This document shows, in pieces, positions 56,362 through 64,000 of a stretch of 64,000 nucleotides of DNA (position 1 is its first letter; each line of letters opens with the position of its first letter). Location of the stretch: contig NC_087436.1 in the NCBI RefSeq assembly GCF_036321535.1, forward strand, positions 24,244,001 to 24,308,000, given 5' to 3'. This DNA is from Camelus dromedarius. Taxonomy: Eukaryota. The notes beneath the pieces are model-generated. The model had not been told where the DNA came from, made no database searches, and was given only the letters and a program-made list of their open reading frames with translations. The position numbers were made by a program, and so were the translations under genes.

Positions 56362-57178
56362 CCAACTCATTCACTTCTGCTTTACTAGACTAGAGATAAT
56401 TTTGAATAAGCTATGATGTTTTATGTAATACCCAGAAGTGTTTGGTATAAGTTTCTAACAAGTATATTCCTTTACTAGACTATATAAAATTTCCTTGAGA
56501 GCAAAATCCGTATCTTTTCTTAGTCTGTACTTAGTCTGTCTCAGGGGCCTGGTAAACACTTGAAAAATTTGCTAAGTGTTTCAACACTTAAAATTGTGTT
56601 AGCCCACAAAACAGGTAAAGAAACATTTGTCAAAAAAACTATTTAAAAGATAGTAACCCACAGTTTCTTCTCTGTCTTCCCTCAGATATTTGTACTTGTT
56701 CCTACTCTCACATACCGCTTAATAAAGTAAAATTTACTTATGAGCATTATCAGGGACTATGTTAAACATAATTAAATCTTTACACCACCACAGTGAGGTG
56801 GGTATGATTATCCTCATTTTACACATGAGGAAACTAAACCCTAAGACTATAGTTAGAAAGAACTTGAGCTGGGATTCAAATCTAAGTGAAGCATACTCCA
56901 AAGCCTATGCTCTTCGTAGGTACACTATATTGCCTAATACTCCTTATTGTATACCCCTCTGCAAACTTGTATGATGAAATCTACATGATACCTCTTCTTT
57001 TTAAGTGTGGAAAGAGCTTTCATAGAGATTTTAAAAGGCAAGTCCCATTTATCTGTAAATAGATATATGTTAGAATATAGTAGGTATATTTAAAAGGTTC
57101 CTGAATGAAGGTAGTTGCCATTATTCAATTTAAGAATCACCTTCTCTGGAGTTACATGGTAAGAGGGATCTAAAACTA

Positions 57179-57403
<225 letters not shown>

Positions 57404-59257
57404 TTAAAGATAATCAACAACAACAAAGAGAACCATAATCTCAAAGACAAATGTTACATTATCCTAAGTATTAAAACTTCAATGAGTTTACTGGGAAATT
57501 ATCCAGGGTTTTTTAGGATTAAAGTATTTTAAAAATTGATAAATGAAGTACACACATATTTCTAGATTGGAGGCCTCCCTATATTTTTTTTAGATAAAAA
57601 GATATAAAAATGCATGAACATCTGATAATGCATATGCTAACAATATGCAATGACTCTTCTACTGTTCTTTGGGGATGTTCCACAGGATGATCTTATTAAA
57701 TCACTCCTTTAAAGTTTGAAAAATTTTATCTCCAAACAGATTTATCTCTGCGAATGTAACTTAATAAAGATTACACTCATTGTTCAATAATTAAAATGTA
57801 CACATAAATTAACCACATTTCTGATTTTCATAAACTTATTTTTATATGATTCTTTGGGATTACTATTAAATATACAAGTAAAAGAAGATGTCAGACACCT
57901 ATCATTCACAATCAACAGATTAAAAGAGAGCTGAGAGAAATATTAAGTTTTCAGAAAGGAAAAACAGTATTCCTAATTTTATAATGTATATCTTACGAGG
58001 CACAAATGAATACAAAATATTCATTATGATTTATTTGCCTAGCTTGTAGGACTACAATTTATAATTTATAGAAAAATTAATTAGGAATAAAAGATAAAGA
58101 TTAAAGATACTATCCTGAGGAAGAGTCAACATTTATAGTAAAATACAAAGAAATGGAAGCAAAAAAGAAGGGAAAAAATTATGTACAAATCATTATAAAT
58201 CACGGATAATTTGAAGGAAAAGTAAGCAAACAAACGAAATATATTTGGCAAGTAGCAAATCACTATAGTAAGTAAGCCTTTGTTGTTAAACAGGTAAAAT
58301 GTATTTTGGCAAGTTTTATTAAACAACTTAAAGTGTCTTAGTTAATGAAAACCCAGGTGGTCATTTAGTTTAAGACAAACCATAATTTATATACTCTTAA
58401 AAATACTTTCAATTAAATTATGACATTTCATATGCAACCTGATTTCAGATATGTTAAAATACAAGGGGAAATTGTATTATAGAAACAACGAAATTTGGTA
58501 CTCTGCTTTACTGAGAGAAACTATGGTGACTACACTATTAAAAGCTATATTACCATTATGCATACTTTGGAAATGAATATAAAACAACCTAATAGCCAAC
58601 TGGCCAACAAAAATATTTCTTACCAAGGAAAAGGAGAAAAATTTAAATATTTTTATTCCCACTGTTTTCCATTTTCAAATAACTATATTATAGTGAAAGA
58701 ATAGAAACAAGAGTAAAGAAAACTACCAGAGAACTATTACTCTCTCCCTTTTCAATACTAAGAGAACATTATCAAATTAATTACCAAAGAGCCATGTTTC
58801 CTAACTACACAAATCAGACCAGGGAAAGCTTATTTTTCCTTTGTCTCTTCACAAGTTTAGCTACACACTCTGCCCTTAGTCTACAAACATCTTACCATCC
58901 AATATTCTATCATCACACAGGTAAAAACCTATGTAAACTTTCAGAACATTATAATATATAAATCGTATCTTAAACATGACTGTCTTGAAAAACTAATGAA
59001 GATACAATGCTAAATAAAAAGATGCTGGTTCATGAGCAAAGGACCAAACGGACACTTTCTGAATAAGCTTATTTTAAGGAGTAAAATTTCTCTACTTTGA
59101 TCAAAGTTCTAAAGTAAAATTTTCTTCTAAAATCTTAACATAAACTTGTTTATTAAACTTAAATAAGCATATTTGTTCTACTACATTCTTTTGCCTTTCC
59201 TAGGGTGCTAATATGCAAACCAGGAATAAATCAGAACTCAAGTAGAATGAGTTATCA

Positions 59258-59536
<279 letters not shown>

Positions 59537-59857
59537 TCAAAACAAACAAAAAAACCCTTTAGTTTAGCAAGAAATGCAAACAATTTTAAATTCAGTGCTA
59601 AATTCTTGATTCTGTTAAATGCAACAAAATGATCACATGTTACTTCCATATTCCCCTAAATGCAACTAAAATGTCAGGAAAACAAACAAAAACCCACAAA
59701 AGGTTCAAATACAGAAAGTAAAAAAGCAAGACAAAGGGACAGAATGTACATTAGAGAAAACAAGAAAACCATTAGCTCACTCCAAAAGGTCCAACAAGTG
59801 TTAATATGTGAAAATTGAAAAACATAAAGATGTAGAAGTTACACTTTATAAATTTCA

Positions 59858-60263
59858 TTTTTTATTGAAATGCAGTTGATTTACAATGTTAGTTTCAGGT
59901 GTACAGCAAAGTGATTCAGTTATACATATACATACATATATTTTTTCTTTTCAGATTCCTTTCCATTATGTTATTACAAGAATTGAATATAGTTCTCTGT
60001 GCTATATACTAGGTCCTTGTTGTTTATTTTATATATAGTAATGAGTATCTGTTAATCTCAAACTCCTAATTTATCCCTCTCCCACCCTTTCCCCTTTGGA
60101 AACCAGTTTGTTTTCTATGTCCATGAGTCTGTTTGTGGTTTGTAAATAGAATTTATATCATTTTTCTTTAGATTCCACATATAAGTGGTATCATATGATG
60201 TTTGTCTTTCTCTGTCTGACTTACTGCACTGAATATAATAATCTCTAGGTTCACCCATGTTGC
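59858..60263 (-). mobile_element. L1 3' UTR segment, antisense
   Basis: ttttattgaaatgcagttgatttacaatgttagtttcaggtgtacagc...ctaggttcacccatgttgc. Confidence 0.88.
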
Positions 60264-61826
60264 TTTCAGTCAAGAGGATGGAAAAAGGTATTCCATGCAA
60301 AAGGAAATCAAAAGAAAGCCAAGTCACAATACTTGTATCAGACAAAATAAACTTTAAAATAAAAACTGTTACAAGAGACAAAGAAGGACACTGCATAATG
60401 ATCAAGGGATCAAACCAAGAAGATATAACAATTATAAATATGTATGTACCCAATATAGGTGCACATCAATATATAAAGCAAATATTAATAGACATAAAAG
60501 AAGAAACTGACAGTAACACAGTAACAGTGGGAGACTTTAACATTCCACTTATATTGATGGACAGATCATCCAGACAGAAAGTCAACAAGGAAAAGCAGAC
60601 CTTAAAAGGACACATCAGACCAGATGGACTTAATTGGTATTTATAGAGCAGTCCATCCGAAAGCAGCAGAGTACACATTCTTCTCAAGTGTACATGGAAC
60701 ATTCTCCAGGATAGATCACATGTTGGTTCACAAGGCAAGCCTTGATAAATTTAAGAAAACTGAAATCATATCAAGCATCTTTTCTGACCACAAGGCTATG
60801 AGATTACAAATGAATTACAAGACAAAAAGTGCAAAACCACAAACAAGCAGAGGCTAAACAATATGCTACTCAACAACCAATGGGTCACTGAAGAAATTAA
60901 AAAACAGAGACAAATGAAAAACGAAAACACAACGATCCAAAACCTATGGGATGCAGCAAAAGCGGTTCTAAGAGGGAAGTTTATAGTGATACAAGCTTAC
61001 CTCAGGAAATAAGAAGAATCTCAAATAAACAACCTAATCTCACACTAAAGCAATACAGAAGAAAAGAAATCATAAAGACTAGAGCAGAAATAAATGAAAT
61101 AGACACTAAAAAAAAAAAAATAGAAAGGATCAATGAAACTAAAAGCTGGTTCTTTGAAAAGATAAACGAAAGTGATAAACCTTTAGCCAGATTCATCAAG
61201 GAAAAAAAGGGAAAGGGCCTAAATTAATAAAACCAGAAATGAAAAAGGAAAAGTTAAAACCGACATCACAGAAATACATAGCATCATAAGAGGCTACTAT
61301 GAGCGACTATACACTAACAAAACGGACAACCTAGAAGAAACAGACAATTTTTTAGAAAGGTACAATCTCCCAAGACTGAATCAAGAAGAAACAGAAAATA
61401 TAAACAGACCAATCACCAACACTAAAATTGAAACAGTAAGCAAAAAACTTCCAACAAACAAAAGTCTAGGACCAGATGGCTTCATGGGGGAATTCTACCA
61501 AAAATTTAGACAAGAGTCAATACCTATCCTTCTGAAACTATTCCAAAAAATGGCAAAGGGAAAAACACTTCCAAATTCATTTTATGAGGCCACCACCACC
61601 CTAATACCAAAACCAGACAAAGATATCACAAAAAAGAAGAAAATTACAGGCCAATATCACTTAGGAATACAGATGCAAAAACCCTCAACAAAATATTAGC
61701 AAATCATATCCAACAATACATTAAAAAGGCCATACACCATGATCAAGTGGGATTCATCCCAGAGATGCAAAGATTTTTCAATATCCACTAATCAATGTGA
61801 TACACCACATTAACAAATTGAAGAAA
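60264..61826 (+). mobile_element. L1 ORF2 5' half (endonuclease to start of RT), decayed
   Basis: ORF track [48 protein letters not shown]. Confidence 0.93.
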
Positions 61827-64000
61827 AGAAGTTATATTTAAAAATTACATTTTCTCTCTCAAGCCACAAGGGACAAACAACTGCATGCAAATTTAATGAA
61901 GGGGAAGAAAAAAGAACCACAGTAAGGCACATCATAAGGAAAGTTCAAAGCCTGGAAATTGAGGTCCTTAAAAACTTCCAGAGGAAAAACAAAGTCACAT
62001 AAAAAGGATCTGTAATCAGAACAGTACTAAATTTAATTCCAAAGTTAACAATGGAATATTGCTGAAAGCAATAACTATATACAGCCTTCAAAATTCAGAA
62101 TTCCTTACTTAGCAAAATTTTCAATGAAGTATATGAGTAAAATGACATTTTAAAGCTTCTCAGAAAGCTAAAATTTTATCTCTCCACACTCTTCCTTAGG
62201 AAGCTACTAAAAGGACTCAAAACAAACAAAAAAAGACAACATGGGACTTAGTAAATAAGTAATCTAATGCAGAAAAAAGGACTGGAGAATAACCACTTCA
62301 AAATGAAAGAGGATGCTGAAGGCCCTGGAATAGGTCTTTTACAAGGGCAAAAATGGAACCGTTGTACTTAATATGGAAAATATTATTTATAAGCCCATGA
62401 CAGAAATAAAAGCACATCTGGGGAAAATGAGCAATAAGTCTATAGAAAACCAGGCAAGTGAATAAGTAAAGACAGGAGAAGGCTTATATGAATGTATGGT
62501 TCAGTATAATATTTAGCTCAACAATAAGTAATACATATATAATTATAAAAATGTAAATATTTAGTACTGGTTTATCAAAATATTGTGATATAACTATAAT
62601 GAGAAAATGAGGAAAAGACAAATGCGTAAATGTGTGAATAATGAAGTTCTAAGCCTTCAGTTTCCATAACTGAAAGTCAACAAAAGTCTAAAAGTCATTT
62701 ATCAAGAAATAGTATTACTAAGCAATAGGAAAGCAAATACCAGAGAAAATGGCTAGAAGGACTGAAGATGCTTGACTCTGGAGTAGGAAGGTAGGGAAGG
62801 GGAAAGTTGACAAACTTTTTCCCATTATAAACCTTTTAGTACTATTTGACTTTTTAAGTACCAACATGTGCTTTCGTAACAATTATTATTTATAAAGTAT
62901 TGAATTCATTACATTAAAAAAAACCCCGCATCTTAAAGCTATGATGATCTATGCCAGAATTCACTATCATGTGTTTAAACAAATTTTACTCAACTTTTGA
63001 AACAATACATTCAAAATCTGGGAGGGATAGTTAATGTAAACAATAACAAAAATCATAGTAGAAAAATGTGTAGAAACAAAACAGGAAGTCTAAAATTTTA
63101 CATTCAGCATCAAGAAATCAATTGCTTAAGCCCAATGGTACAGTCAACTACAAAGCTGTTCTATAATCTATTATGTACTTACCATCTCTGCTTTGATGTT
63201 CACATCTCAAACCTAATATACTATCCAAAATACAAATGATTTATTCTTCAGAATCTATTCTTCACCATGTGTTCACCGTCTCAGCAGATGCCCTTCCTTA
63301 ACTCGCTCTCACTCAGATGATGAAGCAAAAAATCTAATTATCCTCCATGCTTTTCTTCCCTCACACTTCCATTCTCTGGTAGATCCATCAATTCGTTTCT
63401 CTGCAATAGCTTCCTAACTCTCTGCCCCACAAAAATCAACAGGCAAATTGATCTGGGGATAAAGAGGGAAGCGGTATCTTGGGAGCTATCATTAATCATA
63501 TTCAGCCAAGGAAACATAAGGCTAAGCGACTAAGTTAAGTGTTCCTATTTACTCAGCAGAAAGCCTAAAAATAATGGTTTTCTTACAATAATTTAAATAA
63601 CAATAAGCACTAAAGGAAGCAATGATGTAAAGACTAGGCTACTTAAAAGGAACCCTCTTGACCTGTCACTGTTTTCCAGGAACTACATAAATACAGAGAA
63701 CAGTTTGAGTGCACTGTTCTTAAAACCCTCAATTAGCTTTCAAAAAATTTATTTCTCTAAAAATACAGCAAGGGAACTTCCGCTTTGGGCCATAATGGAG
63801 TAACTGAGGCTGAACTTGTCCTTCCACCATAAACAAGAAAACTGGACAAAATGTATGAAACAACTATTGTCAGACATTGGACAAGAGGCAGCATAGAACT
63901 GTGAAACATGGGGGTGGGGGAGACATGATTAAGTTTAGAAATGTCACTGCTTTATAGATCACAGCACAGGGAGAAGGATCTAACTCTGAGCACAACAGTC

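Noticed and set aside
60257..61699. Endonuclease-like ORFs
   Set aside because: Broken L1 ORF2 spread over several frames

Overview
AT-rich mammalian genomic DNA, probably camelid (inferred from the tRNA-derived SINE family). The minus strand carries coding exons 2-20 of NAA15 (NARG1, NatA auxiliary subunit), 59533 down to the TGA at 15260. These 19 exons total 2547 nt and read in frame, with GT-AG junctions checked by eye. Exon 1 lies beyond the right edge. A roughly 3.3 kb 3' UTR with several candidate poly(A) signals follows, and 1-11.9 kb is repeat-rich intergenic DNA. Intron 3 is a U12 (minor spliceosome) intron, and exon 18 has a NAGNAG acceptor. The most striking object is in intron 14: an L1-mediated retrocopy (33018-33631) that starts at the 5' end of an H/ACA snoRNA recognised as SNORA18. 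It continues through a retained intron remainder (branch point and 3' splice site), about 400 nt of probable spliced host (TAF1D) exons, AATAAA and a poly(A) tail, with a target-site duplication, and it is inserted in a MaLR LTR. It looks like a fossil of a snoRNA-capped, polyadenylated RNA. Repeat family names and comparisons to human sequences are from recall, not database searches.
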